The translations under genes were made by a program, and so were the position numbers. Positions 16,424 to 26,880 of a stretch of DNA of 61,083 nt are shown piece after piece. Position 1 is the stretch's first letter. Every line of letters begins with the position of its first letter. The notes under the pieces are model-generated. The model made no database searches, had not been told where the DNA came from, and saw only the letters and a program-made list of their open reading frames with translations. Source of the stretch: Candidatus Omnitrophota bacterium (GTDB taxonomy: Bacteria; Omnitrophota; Gorgyraeia; Gygaellales; Profunditerraquicolaceae). The stretch is from positions 1 to 61,083 of the forward strand of contig JBAZLB010000006.1 in assembly GCA_041650495.1 (NCBI GenBank). Reading direction: 5' to 3'.

Positions 16424-16852
16424 TTATTGATTGGACGTAAGATGGGCGCTTAAGGCAGACCAGGTCTTCGGGCCTACTTTCCCGTCTACTTTCAGGCCGT
16501 TTGCCTTCTGGAACTCTTCGATTGCCCTATTGGTCATCGGGCCTTTTTTACCGTCAACAGCCCCGGTATAATAACCGGCGTTTTTCAAGGCTGCCTGTAT
16601 ATCTTTAAGGCTCGGTTTATAAGGCTCTACCTGAGGGAGAGGTTCTAATTTTGCTTCCGGGCTGACCATGGCTTGCGGCTGGACAGCTACAGGGGCCGTA
16701 TTCTCAGTAACATTGGCGGCTGTTGTTGCACTTAAAGATTCCATGGACATGCCTTCCTGAGTGCCTTCCAACTCTGCCTGTTTCTTTTGGCATCCGAAGA
16801 AGGCAAGGCCTGCGATTAAAACTAATGCCGTTACTAAAATATATTGTTTCAC
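16424..16852 (-). CDS. Lipoprotein with C-terminal peptidoglycan-binding domain (PG_binding_1)
   Basis: FFGC lipobox; IQAALKNAGYYTGAVDGKKGPMTNRAIEEFQKANGLKVDGKVGPKTW. Confidence 0.88.
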   Translation of the reverse strand: MKQYILVTALVLIAGLAFFGCQKKQAELEGTQEGMSMESLSATTAANVTENTAPVAVQPQAMVSPEAKLEPLPQVEPYKPSLKDIQAALKNAGYYTGAVDGKKGPMTNRAIEEFQKANGLKVDGKVGPKTWSALSAHLTSNQ

Positions 16853-17044
16853 GCTAATCTCCTTTCTAAATTTAAATAATACAGACCCGGCCCTTAAGCC
16901 AGGTTATTTCCCTAAAGGGAATAAAACTAATCACAAGACCATCTGCTTGTTTCTCACCTCCTCACCGCATTGCCTTTACAGATCTTGTGTAATTTATTTT
17001 CTTATTATTTTATTACATTATACGGCTAAAATCAATACAATACA

Positions 17045-17533
17045 TTACAATACATTTCTTTCCCGGGCAGAGATTATCTTAAGGATATCTTTCTTGCTCT
17101 TTGCCTTCTTTAAGCTATCAATAATAAATTTATCTTTGACCAGCCGGGATATTTCCGCCAGTATTTTCAGGTGCGGCCCTACCGCCTCCTGTGGCACGGC
17201 CAGGGCAAAGAATAAACAGGTCCTCTCCCCGTCCAGCGCCCCAAAATCTATCCCCGCGTCCTTCCTGGCTAATACCAGTATAAAATCTTTTACCCCTTTA
17301 TACTTTGCGTGGGGTATGGCTACACCGTTTCCTATTCCGGTTGAGCCCAGGCTCTCCCTTTCCATGATATTGCGAAAAAATGCCTTTTTATTCTTTAGTT
17401 TACGGGAGGAAGCAATAATCTCTACCAGTTCGGCAATAACCGTTTCCTTATCCTGGCCCTTAAGGTCAAGGTCAATGTATTTTTCTTTAAGCAGGCTGGA
17501 TAGTTTTATATCCTGGGCTTTTGTGCCACTCAT
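17045..17533 (-). CDS. PTS sugar transporter IIA / PtsN-like
   Basis: MERESLGSTGIGNGVAIPHAK. Confidence 0.9.
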   Translation of the reverse strand: MSGTKAQDIKLSSLLKEKYIDLDLKGQDKETVIAELVEIIASSRKLKNKKAFFRNIMERESLGSTGIGNGVAIPHAKYKGVKDFILVLARKDAGIDFGALDGERTCLFFALAVPQEAVGPHLKILAEISRLVKDKFIIDSLKKAKSKKDILKIISARERNVL

Positions 17534-17563
17534 TTTATAACAGGCCTATTATTTACTATTATC

Positions 17564-18760
17564 TTATATGTTCCGTATCTTGGGATAAACCAAATTTATC
17601 AAAATAAAAAATACCGCACAAATAATCCCGGCCATCATGATCGCAGCAGAAACTCCGAGGCTTGCGGCGAGGCTGCCGGCGAGTAGATTCCCAAAAGGCA
17701 TAATACCTGCGAAGGTAAACATATAAGCGCTCATTACCCTGCCCCTGACCGGATCAGGAGATAGCTGCTGCAATAACGTGTTGATGAGCGCCGTGGCCGA
17801 AACGCTCGACCACCCTAATAATACCAGAATAATTATAGAAAATAAATATATTTTTGATAAAGAAAACAGGATTAAAGACGCACAAAAAACAAAATTAGCC
17901 AGCATTAAGAACCTGCCCTTAAAACGGAAATCCCCCATCTTGGCCAGGGCCAGGGCCGCCAGAAGCGCGCCTAAACCGGCAGAAGACATCAGGACGCCCA
18001 GGCCCTTTATCCCCACCTTAAGGATATTATCCGCGACTACCGGCATAAGGATCAAATAAGAGATTCCGAACAGGCTGCTTATGCCTACCATCCCCATCAG
18101 GGCCAGCACTGTTTTGTTGTCCTTGATAAAAACCAGGCCCTCAAACAAGTCTTTAATAAAGCCTGCGCTGTTATTCCTCTTATGGGTATGCTCTATCCTG
18201 ATAAAAAGAAGGGCTGCTATTACCGCTAAGAAACTTATCCCGTTTATATAAAAGCAGCCGCTCATCCCTATGCCGGCAATAAGAATACCGGCCATGGCCG
18301 GCCCGATAATCCGGCTGGAGTTGAAGGCCGCAGAATTCAAGGCAATCGCATTGAGCAAATATTTTTTGCCGACCAGCTCCACCACCAGGGCCTGGCGGCT
18401 AGGCGCATCAAAGGCCATAATCACTCCGTTTAACAAAGCAATCAGCATTATCTGAGACGGAGTAATGAGCCTAAGATGGGTCAATACCGCCAGGAGAAAC
18501 GCCAGGAGCATAAAAGAGACCTGGGTAACTATCAGTATGCTTTTTTTATTTATCCTGTCTGCGGTTACACCGCCAAATAAGGAAAGCAGAAAAATCGGTA
18601 TAGAACTTAAAAAACCCACCACGCCCAGAAGAAATGCCGAATTAGTCAATTGGAAAACCAGCCAGCTCTGGGCTATCGTCTGGATCCAGCTTCCGATAAG
18701 GGAAACAAACATCCCCAGCCAGTATAAACGAAAATTCCTTAACTTCAGGGAAGAAAACAT
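17564..18760 (-). CDS. MFS transporter (MFS_3 / DUF894 type)
   Basis: RNFRLYWLGMFVSLIGSWIQTIAQSWLV, GGVTADR, AIALNSAAFNSSRIIGP. Confidence 0.9.
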   Translation of the reverse strand: MFSSLKLRNFRLYWLGMFVSLIGSWIQTIAQSWLVFQLTNSAFLLGVVGFLSSIPIFLLSLFGGVTADRINKKSILIVTQVSFMLLAFLLAVLTHLRLITPSQIMLIALLNGVIMAFDAPSRQALVVELVGKKYLLNAIALNSAAFNSSRIIGPAMAGILIAGIGMSGCFYINGISFLAVIAALLFIRIEHTHKRNNSAGFIKDLFEGLVFIKDNKTVLALMGMVGISSLFGISYLILMPVVADNILKVGIKGLGVLMSSAGLGALLAALALAKMGDFRFKGRFLMLANFVFCASLILFSLSKIYLFSIIILVLLGWSSVSATALINTLLQQLSPDPVRGRVMSAYMFTFAGIMPFGNLLAGSLAASLGVSAAIMMAGIICAVFFILINLVYPKIRNI

Positions 18761-18761
18761 C

Positions 18762-19361
18762 TTAAGACTTTAATACTGCCTGGCGGCGGCAGCGCGGGCA
18801 GAGGATCTTTAAACGGTCAAAACGCCCAAAATCCATTTCATCTTTAGCAGGGGATTCTTCCCCCGGAGAGATATTCGCGTATTGTAAATAAAAAAGCATG
18901 AGCGAGGGATTAGAAAAACAAAGCGGGCCTATCTTTTCTGCGACCCATAATACCTGCTGGCAAGGGGCAACAGGCGCCTGGCAGGCGCTGCAAAGGAAAA
19001 GTTTCTTCTCAATAATCTGCTTTAGTTCACTGCGCTTTTCCGTAGTAGCCAAGTCAAATTCCCGGGAAAGGATTATGCCTTTCTCAGTAGGGCAATTAGC
19101 CTGGCATTGTCCGCAGAATATGCATATATCCCAATGGATGACCAAAACCCTCTTATCCGCCTCATCCTTCATTTCTATTGCCCCGGCAGGACAGACCTGG
19201 TAACACGCACCGCAGCCAATGCAGTCCGGCTCATGGAATTGCGGCTTCCCCCGGAACCTTTCAAACGGCTCATGCGGCGCATAGGGGAAACGACTGGTAT
19301 AGGGGCCTTTAATCAACGCCCTTATTGCCTCTTTTAACTCCCTTAATTTCGGATATCTCAT
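18762..19361 (-). CDS. Hydrogenase complex 2x[4Fe-4S] subunit (NuoI/MbhN-like)
   Basis: [12 protein letters not shown] and [12 protein letters not shown]; extra C-terminal CxxC pairs. Confidence 0.85.
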   Translation of the reverse strand: MRYPKLRELKEAIRALIKGPYTSRFPYAPHEPFERFRGKPQFHEPDCIGCGACYQVCPAGAIEMKDEADKRVLVIHWDICIFCGQCQANCPTEKGIILSREFDLATTEKRSELKQIIEKKLFLCSACQAPVAPCQQVLWVAEKIGPLCFSNPSLMLFYLQYANISPGEESPAKDEMDFGRFDRLKILCPRCRRQAVLKS

Positions 19362-19714
19362 TTTGCCTGCCTGCTTATACCTGATTGCTGCTTCTGGTCC
19401 TCACTGTACTTGTCGCATACTGATTTATCCCACAATTTCACGCCGGATTTGTGTGCGCTGCGGGAAAGCACATGCGCTGAAACCGGAGCGGTTAATATTA
19501 AAAACAGCATGCACAGAATAGCCTTGACTCCGGTAGGGGTAAATCCTTTGTATAAAAACAGCCCCAATAGAATGCTGGAGGTCCCTAAGGTTACACACTT
19601 TATAGAAGAATGCAATCGATTATAGACATCGGGGAACCTGACCAGGCCCAGACATCCCAGGAAATCAAAAACCAGGCCGATGATTATGAAGATAAAACCG
19701 AATAACTCATTCAT
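19358..19714 (-). CDS. mnhG: Mrp/Mnh antiporter subunit G
   Basis: [17 protein letters not shown]...[10 protein letters not shown]. Confidence 0.9.
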   Translation of the reverse strand: MNELFGFIFIIIGLVFDFLGCLGLVRFPDVYNRLHSSIKCVTLGTSSILLGLFLYKGFTPTGVKAILCMLFLILTAPVSAHVLSRSAHKSGVKLWDKSVCDKYSEDQKQQSGISRQAK

Positions 19715-20066
19715 CAAAACGTTTTCCTTCCAGATATTTACCCAAGGCAAGGATGGAAATAAAACTTTGCAGGGCCCAGGCAATGCCGATATCTATATAC
19801 CAATCCCTGCCTGTGGCCATGCCTAATATTGCGCAGAAACCGATAATTAATATCCCCAATATATCAAGGGCTACTGCCCTATCCGCAGGTGTCGGGCCTC
19901 GTAAAACCCGCCAGAGACAAAATGCAGCGCAAAAAGATAGAATAAAAAAAGCCTTTTTCAAGAAAACTGATTGCCACTCCAATAAAGAAGGCAGGGGGCA
20001 AAAAATAATCATTGCCAAAACCATGGTAATCAGTATTAATCCGGCTAACCAGCGCAATCTTTTCAC
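19707..20066 (-). CDS. mnhF: Mrp/Mnh antiporter subunit F
   Basis: RVLRGPTPADRAVALD. Confidence 0.88.
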   Translation of the reverse strand: MKRLRWLAGLILITMVLAMIIFCPLPSLLEWQSVFLKKAFFILSFCAAFCLWRVLRGPTPADRAVALDILGILIIGFCAILGMATGRDWYIDIGIAWALQSFISILALGKYLEGKRFDE

Positions 20067-20084
20067 CCTTTTATAAAACCTCCT

Positions 20085-20582
20085 TCATTCAAAAATCTTT
20101 TTTAGTATATCTTCAAACTTACGGATAATAATGGCACTTGCCTGCTGGACATCCTGGCTTTTTACATCCGCCCAGTGTATGTATAAAAACTTGTTTTCCC
20201 GGTCAATATCAACGGTCATCGTGCCGGGTTTGAGGGTAATGGTATTGGACAAAAAGGTCAAGGCGGTAGCGGACTTGAGGGTGGTTTTAACTTTAACAAT
20301 CCCCGGATTAATCGGTAAATCCGGATGGATAACCCTGTAGGCACCATCAATATTGGCCTTTATGCATTCCCAGGCAAATAAAAACACATAATAAATAAGC
20401 CAGAGGTAGCGCCTGGAATTCTTAAAGATATGCGGCGCTGTTGTAAATATATCGCTGGTCATAAAAGAAATAAAGATACCCAGCAAAACACCCGTAACTA
20501 CATGCTCTAAATCCAAGGACCAGTTCAAGATTAACCAGACTAGAAAAGCCAGTATAAATATGATAACTTTAATCTTCATCAT
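20085..20582 (-). CDS. mnhE: Mrp/Mnh antiporter subunit E
   Basis: PINPGIVKVKTTLK...NTITLKPGTMTVD. Confidence 0.9.
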   Translation of the reverse strand: MMKIKVIIFILAFLVWLILNWSLDLEHVVTGVLLGIFISFMTSDIFTTAPHIFKNSRRYLWLIYYVFLFAWECIKANIDGAYRVIHPDLPINPGIVKVKTTLKSATALTFLSNTITLKPGTMTVDIDRENKFLYIHWADVKSQDVQQASAIIIRKFEDILKKIFE

Positions 20583-22069
20583 TTTAACGCGCTAAAAACC
20601 GCATCCCTATAACCATCGCCGGCGGCTAACACACCAACTGCATCCTGGATAAAAGGTTTAAACGCCGGGATAAGCAAAAGACCCCCCGCAACACAAATAC
20701 AGGCCAGGATTATCATAGACAGCTGCATCGTTAAAGGAACCTCTTTTATGCCTTCCCAGGTTCGTTCAAGTTTACCCAAAAAGGCAGTAGCCTGGAATTT
20801 TAAATAATAGGCAAGGGTAACTATGCTGATCAATACAGCAATCAAGGCAGAACCGAAATACCCTGCCTGTACTGCGGCAATAATAATAATTAGTTTACTC
20901 CAAAATCCTGCAAGGGGGGGGATACCGGATATGCTCATCGCACCCAAAAAACCTGTACCTCCTGTAACCGTAAGCCTCCTGCCTAATCCGCCTAATCTTT
21001 TCAAATCCCGTGTACCTGTAGAATATTCAATTGCACCGGCATTTAAAAAAAGCAGCGACTTAAAAACTGCGTGGTTAAATAAGTGGAGTAACCCGCCTAG
21101 GATCGCCAGGGGCGTACCTATACCGAAAGCAAAAACGATATAACCGATCTGGCTAACGCTGGAGTAGGCAAACATCCTTTTTATATCATGTTGGGCTATG
21201 GCCAAAAACGCCCCCACCACCATCGATAAAACCCCCAGTACAATGAGGATAAAAAGCAAATTCGCTGTAATCCCGAGCATATTAAAAAAAACTCTCACCA
21301 GGGCATAAATACCCAAGGTCTTTATAAAAACGCCGGAAAGCGCTGCCGAAATCGGCGCAGGCGCAGAGGAATGCGCATCGGCAAGCCAGGCATGAAAAGG
21401 CACCAGCGCTGCCTTCAGACCAAAACCCGCCAAAAACAAAACCGAAACAAAGGCAACCAGTTGACCCCTGGGTTCACCGGATAAAACCAAAGATATACCG
21501 GCTATATTTAAGGTGGAGGTAAAACTATAAAGCAGCGCGATCCCCAAAAGGATGAAGATGGAAGCTAATGAGCCCATAATGGCATATTTAAAAGACGCCT
21601 CCAGGTCCTCAGCCTCAACCCCGAAGGCAACCAGGCCATAACCGGCAATAGAGGCAACCTCTAAGAAGACATAAAGATTAAACAGGTCTCCGCTTACGAT
21701 TACGCCATTCATCCCTGCTAACATAAGCATAAATAACGCATCAAATTTCCATTTGTCGGTATAGCGGGACATATAACTTAAGGCATATACCATAACCAGA
21801 AAACTAACCAGGTTTACCGTGACCAGCATAAAGACAGCTAATCCATCCACCACCAGACAAATACCTAACGGCGGCATCCAGCCCCCTATTTTGCATATGA
21901 TGAGCTTTTGGGCGCTGGCCAAGACTACAAGATATAAGGAAAATGATAACAGGCTTAAGGAAACTAAATTAACAACAACTCCGCTAAAATTCTTAATCTT
22001 TTTTCCCAAAAGCGCAATTAAAAAAGAGGCAGCCAAAGGAATAATGGTAAAACAAAGAAGCATCTTCAT
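20579..22069 (-). CDS. mnhD: Mrp/Mnh subunit D / MbhH proton-translocating subunit
   Basis: GDLFNLYVFLEV, FGLKAALVPFHAWLADAHSSAPAP, KRMFAYSSVSQIGY. Confidence 0.88.
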   Translation of the reverse strand: MKMLLCFTIIPLAASFLIALLGKKIKNFSGVVVNLVSLSLLSFSLYLVVLASAQKLIICKIGGWMPPLGICLVVDGLAVFMLVTVNLVSFLVMVYALSYMSRYTDKWKFDALFMLMLAGMNGVIVSGDLFNLYVFLEVASIAGYGLVAFGVEAEDLEASFKYAIMGSLASIFILLGIALLYSFTSTLNIAGISLVLSGEPRGQLVAFVSVLFLAGFGLKAALVPFHAWLADAHSSAPAPISAALSGVFIKTLGIYALVRVFFNMLGITANLLFILIVLGVLSMVVGAFLAIAQHDIKRMFAYSSVSQIGYIVFAFGIGTPLAILGGLLHLFNHAVFKSLLFLNAGAIEYSTGTRDLKRLGGLGRRLTVTGGTGFLGAMSISGIPPLAGFWSKLIIIIAAVQAGYFGSALIAVLISIVTLAYYLKFQATAFLGKLERTWEGIKEVPLTMQLSMIILACICVAGGLLLIPAFKPFIQDAVGVLAAGDGYRDAVFSALK

Positions 22070-22404
22070 CCTTTTAATCTCCGGATCTTGGTGATATCAA
22101 AGGTGCCGTATTTCTCGTAAATTCTCAGGGCCAAACTTACCACTATCACCATAACTACCAGGCTAATAACTATCGTGGTCAGGACCAATGCCTGAGGCAG
22201 GGGATCGACCATATTCAAGATTTCCTGGTCCCTGGCAAAGATAGGCGCCCGGCCATGCAGGCGGTATCCAGTAAGAATGAAAAACAGGCTTACGGCATAT
22301 TCAATAATCGCCAGGCCAATGATGATCTTTATGATATTTCTCTTACGTAAAATACAATAAAGCCCCACACAAAATAATATAAAACACAAAAAATACACGC
22401 TCAT
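22066..22404 (-). CDS. mnhC: Mrp/Mnh subunit C (NuoK-like)
   Basis: RNIIKIIIGL, VDPLPQALVLTTIVI. Confidence 0.9.
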   Translation of the reverse strand: MSVYFLCFILFCVGLYCILRKRNIIKIIIGLAIIEYAVSLFFILTGYRLHGRAPIFARDQEILNMVDPLPQALVLTTIVISLVVMVIVVSLALRIYEKYGTFDITKIRRLKG

Positions 22405-22427
22405 ACCTTAACCCTCTTTAAAGGCCA

Positions 22428-22841
22428 TTAATCTTCCTCTCCCTGGTTTAATAAAACCAAGGCTAAAAATATGACAAAAAACCCTGTCCCTACCATGACC
22501 GATATGGCAATATCGCATAAGAGGATACGCCCGGCAGAAAAAAGTGCAAAGTGGTCCTGCGAAAGCAAGGGTTTTTGCCGGCCCATAAAACCGCCGAGCA
22601 CAATACCCAAAAAGACTGCCGCACCGAGACTAGCCAAAAATACGCCTTTAGCCTGGTTTAATTTACGCAATACCGCATCCTTGCCAAAGGCAAGCAGCAA
22701 ATGAATAAAAGAAAGCGCAATAATGATACCGCCGGGGAAACCTCCTCCCGGGCTAATATGGCCTTGTAATACGACATAGATCCCGTAAATAAGTATCAAG
22801 CCCACGGTAAGCCGGGTGATTGTCTTAACAATCAAGCTCAT
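22428..22841 (-). CDS. mnhB: Mrp/Mnh subunit B
   Basis: GHISPGGGFPGG. Confidence 0.88.
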   Translation of the reverse strand: MSLIVKTITRLTVGLILIYGIYVVLQGHISPGGGFPGGIIIALSFIHLLLAFGKDAVLRKLNQAKGVFLASLGAAVFLGIVLGGFMGRQKPLLSQDHFALFSAGRILLCDIAISVMVGTGFFVIFLALVLLNQGEED

Positions 22842-22863
22842 CCCTGCTTCCTGCCTTCTGGAA

Positions 22864-23397
22864 TTATTCTTCATTCTCGGAATTATGTATTTTACCGGTT
22901 TTACGGATAATTACCAACACCCCTATTATCCCGGCGAAAAAGACTGCAGCCTCGCCTAAGACATCATAACTTCTAAAATTTAAAGTTATAGCAGTAACAA
23001 TATTGCTGGAACCGGTTTTTTGCATGCCGTTGGTAATGAATTCTTGCGATACGCGCATAAGCGGCGCCCCGAAATTCGGCAATTCTTTTAATGCCCGGTA
23101 AGCAAAGAACAAAAAACAGAGAATAAATAAGTATGTGGCAATCGTGTTAAAAAGCCAGCGGCCATCTGTCACCAGGGGCAAATCTTTATTGATCGTGGCG
23201 CGGATAAGTATAATCACGCATAAAATTTCTACGACCAATTGGGTTATGGCCAGATTCGGCGCCTTTAAAATCAAAAAGCCAAGAGACAAGCCCAATCCTA
23301 CCGCGCTTAAAGCAATGACGCTGGAGATCAGGTCCCTGCTTTCAACCGCCACAATGCTGGCGCAAATCATAAATAATAGAATCAAGTGTATTTCCAT
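22864..23397 (-). CDS. MbhD/MbhE-like membrane subunit (DUF4040 + MnhB-like)
   Basis: APNLAITQLVV; SNIVTAITLNFRSYDVLGE. Confidence 0.82.
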   Translation of the reverse strand: MEIHLILLFMICASIVAVESRDLISSVIALSAVGLGLSLGFLILKAPNLAITQLVVEILCVIILIRATINKDLPLVTDGRWLFNTIATYLFILCFLFFAYRALKELPNFGAPLMRVSQEFITNGMQKTGSSNIVTAITLNFRSYDVLGEAAVFFAGIIGVLVIIRKTGKIHNSENEE

Positions 23398-23410
23398 CGA
23401 GCACACAGTG

Positions 23411-23440
23411 TCCCGTGAAATCGCAAAGCGATTTCCGGGA
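23411..23440. other. Intergenic stem-loop inside the hydrogenase operon
   Basis: TCCCG-T-GAAATCGC-AAA-GCGATTTC-CGGGA. Confidence 0.6.
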
Positions 23441-23461
23441 TGAGCAAGTTATACGGGCGAA

Positions 23462-25174
23462 TTAACCCAATACTAAAAATAATACCACCATCCCCAATAA
23501 CATCCACACCAAATAGGTAGGCAAAACCCCATTATGCAAGAATTGAAAGAACCTTGAGAAACAAAAAAGCCTCCTGGCCTGCGCATAGATATCAAAGGTC
23601 CCCTTGGCTGCCAGCGCATAAATACCGCGCAAGCCCCTTAAGTCCTGGATGGTGTTATAAAACTCCTGCCCGCTGACCCGGTTTTCTCCCGGCGATTTTT
23701 CCGTTTCTCCGCCGACAAAATTAGAATCTTGGCGCAAAGATGGTTTTAACCTGTTGGCTTTAAATATGATTATGCCTAAGGCCAGGCCTACAATGAGAAG
23801 CAGCGTGGCTAAGGTCGCCGGCCAGGCGCCCGGCAAATTCGCGATATCCAAAGGTTGAGATATAGATACGGCGGGGATGATAAAATATTTCAGAGGAATG
23901 GCGAATGCAAATACACCGAATAAAATACAGACCCCCGCTAATACCGCGCAGGAAAACCACATTGCCACGTCAACCTCTTTTATACCCTTGTTTTTTAAGG
24001 CGGACGGTGGCTGCCCTAAAAATACGGCATGGAGCAATTTCATGAAACTAGCCAGGGTAAGCCCCGAACCAAACATGGCTGCGATTAAACAAAACGCGCT
24101 AAAAACCAATTGTAACGTTGACTCGGCTCCTGAGACATGCAAAACCAACCCCTGATAAATTAACCATTTGGATACGAACCCATTAAACGGCGGTATGCCG
24201 GATATGGAAAAACTGGCAATCATACAGGTGATAAAAGTAATCGGCATTAACTTGGCCAACCCTCCCAATTCATCAAGCTGGGTGGTGTGGGCGCGATATT
24301 CAACATTACCCCCGCTTAAAAATAGACAAGATTTATAGATCGCGTGGTTCAACATATGAAACAAACCTCCGGCGATACCTATGGGATTCCCCGTGCCGAT
24401 GCCTAAAACCATATATCCTACCTGTGAAACCGCATGGTAACCCAAAAGTCTCTTAAGGTCATGTTGAATAAGCGCCATCATTACCCCTGCGATAATGGTC
24501 AGGGCGCCGATAAGCATAAGAAAATTATTCATCGCCTTATTCATTACAAATAGATTTAGGGATATGCGGGCTAAAAGGTAAATACCTAATAACTTATCTA
24601 ATGCCGCCGGCAAATAGGCGGTAACCGCAACCGGGGCACTCTTGGCACAGTCAGGAATCCAGGAATGAAAGGGCATTGCCCCTGCCTTGGCAAAACAAGC
24701 GATGGCGATGCACAGATAAGCAATGACGGCTAAATAGATAGTATGGCTTCCGCCAGGCAAGTAGCTGGCGGATAGAGGAATGGCTATCCGGTCCATCTGG
24801 AAAGTCCCGCACAAATAATAAACTATCCCTATGCCTAAAAGCATCAGCGCATCCGAGCCGCCCACGATAATAAGCATCTTTTTTGCTGCCGCAGGCGCAT
24901 CCTGGTCTCCCATATTAATCAAAAGATAAAGCGTCAGGCCCAAAAATCCCCAACAGGCCAAAAGCAAGATGAGGTTATTGGCAAGCACGATTAATACGGA
25001 GGCAACTGCCGTCAATATGATATAAATATAATACAGGGCGAGGCAGCGCCTTGCGGACATAAATTTAAAAGAATAAAGCAAAACCAAGACGGTAAATACC
25101 GTTATGGCCAGGACTATAAAGCCGTTAAGCGGGTCTAATTTAAACCACGGATAAAGAAAGGAATGGTCATGCAT
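23462..25174 (-). CDS. NuoL/HyfB-like proton-conducting membrane subunit
   Basis: AKAGAMPFHSWIPD, LKRLLGYHAVSQVGY, PPFNGFVSKW. Confidence 0.88.
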   Translation of the reverse strand: MHDHSFLYPWFKLDPLNGFIVLAITVFTVLVLLYSFKFMSARRCLALYYIYIILTAVASVLIVLANNLILLLACWGFLGLTLYLLINMGDQDAPAAAKKMLIIVGGSDALMLLGIGIVYYLCGTFQMDRIAIPLSASYLPGGSHTIYLAVIAYLCIAIACFAKAGAMPFHSWIPDCAKSAPVAVTAYLPAALDKLLGIYLLARISLNLFVMNKAMNNFLMLIGALTIIAGVMMALIQHDLKRLLGYHAVSQVGYMVLGIGTGNPIGIAGGLFHMLNHAIYKSCLFLSGGNVEYRAHTTQLDELGGLAKLMPITFITCMIASFSISGIPPFNGFVSKWLIYQGLVLHVSGAESTLQLVFSAFCLIAAMFGSGLTLASFMKLLHAVFLGQPPSALKNKGIKEVDVAMWFSCAVLAGVCILFGVFAFAIPLKYFIIPAVSISQPLDIANLPGAWPATLATLLLIVGLALGIIIFKANRLKPSLRQDSNFVGGETEKSPGENRVSGQEFYNTIQDLRGLRGIYALAAKGTFDIYAQARRLFCFSRFFQFLHNGVLPTYLVWMLLGMVVLFLVLG

Positions 25175-25230
25175 CTATTTTAAGTAATCCCCTATTCCAG
25201 GCAAGCCCAGCCGTCCCTGCTATCCTTTTC

Positions 25231-26445
25231 TTAACCTGCGCCGGGTCTGCCATTTTCAAGCCCCTCTTTTAGTTTCAAGGTCTTCTCCTGCGAAAGCTTA
25301 ATCAAATCCCAGCCGTTCATGACTTTTTTGTTGTCCGCACGGTTGATTACCGCCAGCCTCTCCGTGCAGCAATAACAGGGGTCTACAGCCGCAAGCGTAA
25401 TGGTGGCATCCGATATGGTTGAGCCTATAACAGAAACCTTATTAGAAGCCACATTCATATAACTGGGCGCCCTGATCTTATGCCTGATGGGCCTGTTTGT
25501 GCCGTCACTCTTTATATAGTGGAAGCATTCCCCCCGCGGCGCCTCCACCCTGCCTATACCTTCTCCGGGAGGTATATCCTTTATGTCCGCATCAATATCG
25601 CCTTTGGGCATTTTATCCAGGCATTGCCTGATTATCCCCACAGATTCATACATCTCCAATATACGCACTATTGTCTTGGCAAATACGTCACCGTCCTTCT
25701 CTATGATAACACTCCAATTAATCCGGTCATAGACGCCGTATCCGGCGTCTCTACGCACATCCATATTGACCCCGGAGGCCCGCGCCGTAGGGCCGACTAC
25801 GCACCAATCAATTATCTGCTGCCGGCTCAAAACCCCCACCCCTTTGAGCCGCATCTTTATTACCGGGTCATCCATAATGGCGCCCTTAAACATATCTAAG
25901 GCAGGCGATAATTCATCCAGAGTCTTTTTTAACACCGGGATATCTTCATCCTTTATATCGCGCCGCACCCCTCCTATCTTAATCATCCCGTAATTATTAC
26001 GGTTACCGGTGATCATCTCAAAACAATCCAGGACAGGCTCACGGTACTTCCATGCCCACATCCATACGGTATTATAGCCGATAAAATGCCCGGCAAGCCC
26101 CAGCCAAAGCAAATGACTGTGGATACGCTGTAATTCATCTACTATTGTACGTATGTATATTGCCCTCTCAGGCACTATCTTTGCCTCTCCTCCCAGTATA
26201 TCTTCTACTGCCAGGACATAGGCATAGGGATGGCTGGAAGAGCAGATGCCGCATATGCGCTCAACCAGGAATGCCACCTGGTCAAAATGCTTTGACTCAG
26301 AAAGCTTCTCAATGCCCCGGTGATTATAACCGATGATAATATCAATATCCTCAACCCTCTCCCCCTCCACAAAAAGCTGGAAAAACTCCGGCTCTTCCTG
26401 TAAAGGGTGATATGGGCCAATAGGCACTATTATTTTATGCGACAT
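25231..26445 (-). CDS. Group 4 [NiFe]-hydrogenase large subunit
   Basis: L1 RICGICS and L2 DPCYCC retain four Ni-ligating Cys; C-terminal extension after CxxCxxR. Confidence 0.9.
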   Translation of the reverse strand: MSHKIIVPIGPYHPLQEEPEFFQLFVEGERVEDIDIIIGYNHRGIEKLSESKHFDQVAFLVERICGICSSSHPYAYVLAVEDILGGEAKIVPERAIYIRTIVDELQRIHSHLLWLGLAGHFIGYNTVWMWAWKYREPVLDCFEMITGNRNNYGMIKIGGVRRDIKDEDIPVLKKTLDELSPALDMFKGAIMDDPVIKMRLKGVGVLSRQQIIDWCVVGPTARASGVNMDVRRDAGYGVYDRINWSVIIEKDGDVFAKTIVRILEMYESVGIIRQCLDKMPKGDIDADIKDIPPGEGIGRVEAPRGECFHYIKSDGTNRPIRHKIRAPSYMNVASNKVSVIGSTISDATITLAAVDPCYCCTERLAVINRADNKKVMNGWDLIKLSQEKTLKLKEGLENGRPGAG

Positions 26446-26450
26446 AACGC

Positions 26451-26876
26451 TTAACCTTTCCTTAAGGGATAATCACCCTCGGGCCAATCCTCCGCCAGCA
26501 ATAACCTCTTTAAATTCGGATGGTTCTTAAAATTGATCCCCAGCATCTCCCAGATTTCCCGCTCAATCCACTCCGCCCCCGGAAACATGGGAGTCAGAGA
26601 ATCCACCTGCGCCTGTTTTTTATCTTCAAGCATCAGGCGCACTGAATATACCTGTCCTTCGCCATCCGGGACAAAATGATAAATTATCTCAAAGCCCGAA
26701 GGCGTATCCGTAGCGCTGGCGGTGGAAAACCTTAAGCCCAACTCCCGGAATAATAACCTGGCTGTTTCCAGTATATCCTCTTTCTTTACGCCAAAATAAA
26801 TCTTATGCGTAGGCGTCTCTTCCCAGGAGATTATCTTAGCGCCTAACCTCTTTTTAATTATATCCCGCTTATCCAT
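26451..26876 (-). CDS. NuoC-like hydrogenase subunit
   Basis: AEWIEREIWEMLGINFKNHPNLKRLLL. Confidence 0.88.
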   Translation of the reverse strand: MDKRDIIKKRLGAKIISWEETPTHKIYFGVKKEDILETARLLFRELGLRFSTASATDTPSGFEIIYHFVPDGEGQVYSVRLMLEDKKQAQVDSLTPMFPGAEWIEREIWEMLGINFKNHPNLKRLLLAEDWPEGDYPLRKG

Positions 26877-26880
26877 TCTA

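Noticed and set aside
16761-17540. 259-aa plus-strand ORF
   Set aside because: Antisense shadow of the PTS IIA and PG-binding genes, with no motif.
25231-26445. Operon as complex I or Mbx/MBS sulfane reductase
   Set aside because: The large subunit retains both Ni-binding CxxC motifs and a protease-cleavable tail.
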